A stretch of DNA of 64,000 nucleotides, counting the filler, from Sphacelaria rigidula (taxonomy: Eukaryota): NCBI GenBank assembly GCA_964200075.2. It is 5 parts of 5 records of this genome, joined end to end, with 100 filler letters (N's around TTAATTAATTAA, not from the genome) between each part and the next. Parts side by side here need not be neighbours in the genome. Positions count along the whole stretch, not along the records: positions 51,403 to 64,000 come from CAXNAA020003584.1; 4 more parts are not named here. One strand, given 5' to 3'. Made by a program: the position numbers and the translations under genes. The notes beneath the pieces are model-generated. The model had not been told where the DNA came from, did not search any database, and worked only from the letters and a program-made list of their open reading frames with translations. Below are positions 63,523 through 64,000 of this stretch, in pieces; position 1 is the stretch's first letter; every line of letters begins with the position of its first letter.

Positions 63523-63647
63523 ATAGGGAGAGTTCAGCAGTAGCGTTCAGTCCTACCGAGTCCCATGCGGTGAGTGTGTTTCCTGAGTCTTTCTGCTGGG
63601 CGCATGTTACTTTGTAGGGCTGAACGCTACTACTAAACTGTCCCTAT
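63523..63647. repeat. 125-bp fold-back (MITE or small-RNA-like hairpin)
   Basis: atagggagagttcagcagtagcgttcagtcctac versus gtagggctgaacgctactactaaactgtccctat (34-bp arms, 4 differences). Confidence 0.7.
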
Positions 63648-64000
63648 TCATGTATGCGTGACTGCTCTTATCCGCCCCTTGGATCAACCACCAATGGTGT
63701 GATAAGAGCAACGGCACGGTAGGCGTGGACTCTTATTTCTCTGAGGCTCTTTGCTGCAGGAGCCTCTCCATGACAAATATCAAGGCTTGAGTGTGCAGCC
63801 TCAGGAAACGTTTGGACTATAAAGTGCACCTCTACCGTGGCATCACTCATTACTCGTTACCGTCCATTGGTGACAGCAAAAGCTCAGCTCGAACTGAAAC
63901 CTGGTAAAAATCATGCAAACTTCCGACATCAATAAACAACAAATTGTGAGAATTGAGGTTTAACTTCGAGATGAGGCTCAAGCCCAAAACAGTGCTTTCC

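Overview
Eukaryotic, intron-rich, repeat-rich DNA. A brown alga (Ectocarpales-like) is my inference, from short GT-AG exons in long introns, a WPASLQQL-type FNIP protein and the repeat landscape. The window is not one locus: it is five contigs (the three complete ones 12,750, 12,750 and 12,748 bp) joined by artificial N44-TTAATTAATTAA-N44 linkers, so adjacency across linkers has no biological meaning. Coding content: (1) an intronless FNIP-repeat ORF with 14 tandem 22-aa repeats, a hypervariable di-residue in each repeat and a decayed tail; (2) five phase-consistent minus-strand exons of a COPI-associated/TVP15-like membrane protein fused to two EF-hands; (3) a minus-strand gene of at least 9 exons with a KEN box and a BUB1/Mad3/CKAP2-type TPR-like motif; (4) exons of an uncharacterised minus-strand gene. 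Non-coding highlights: a 283-nt near-perfect fold-back (candidate miRNA/hairpin-RNA locus), four non-autonomous DNA transposons sharing CACAC..GGACA termini and 8-bp TSDs, chains of TTAA-flanked piggyBac-like MITEs, a Stowaway-like MITE, a tRNA-derived SINE with an (AC)n tail, and several other dispersed repeats. Most ORFs in the supplied track are spurious. All exon models and alignments were read by eye and no database search was run.
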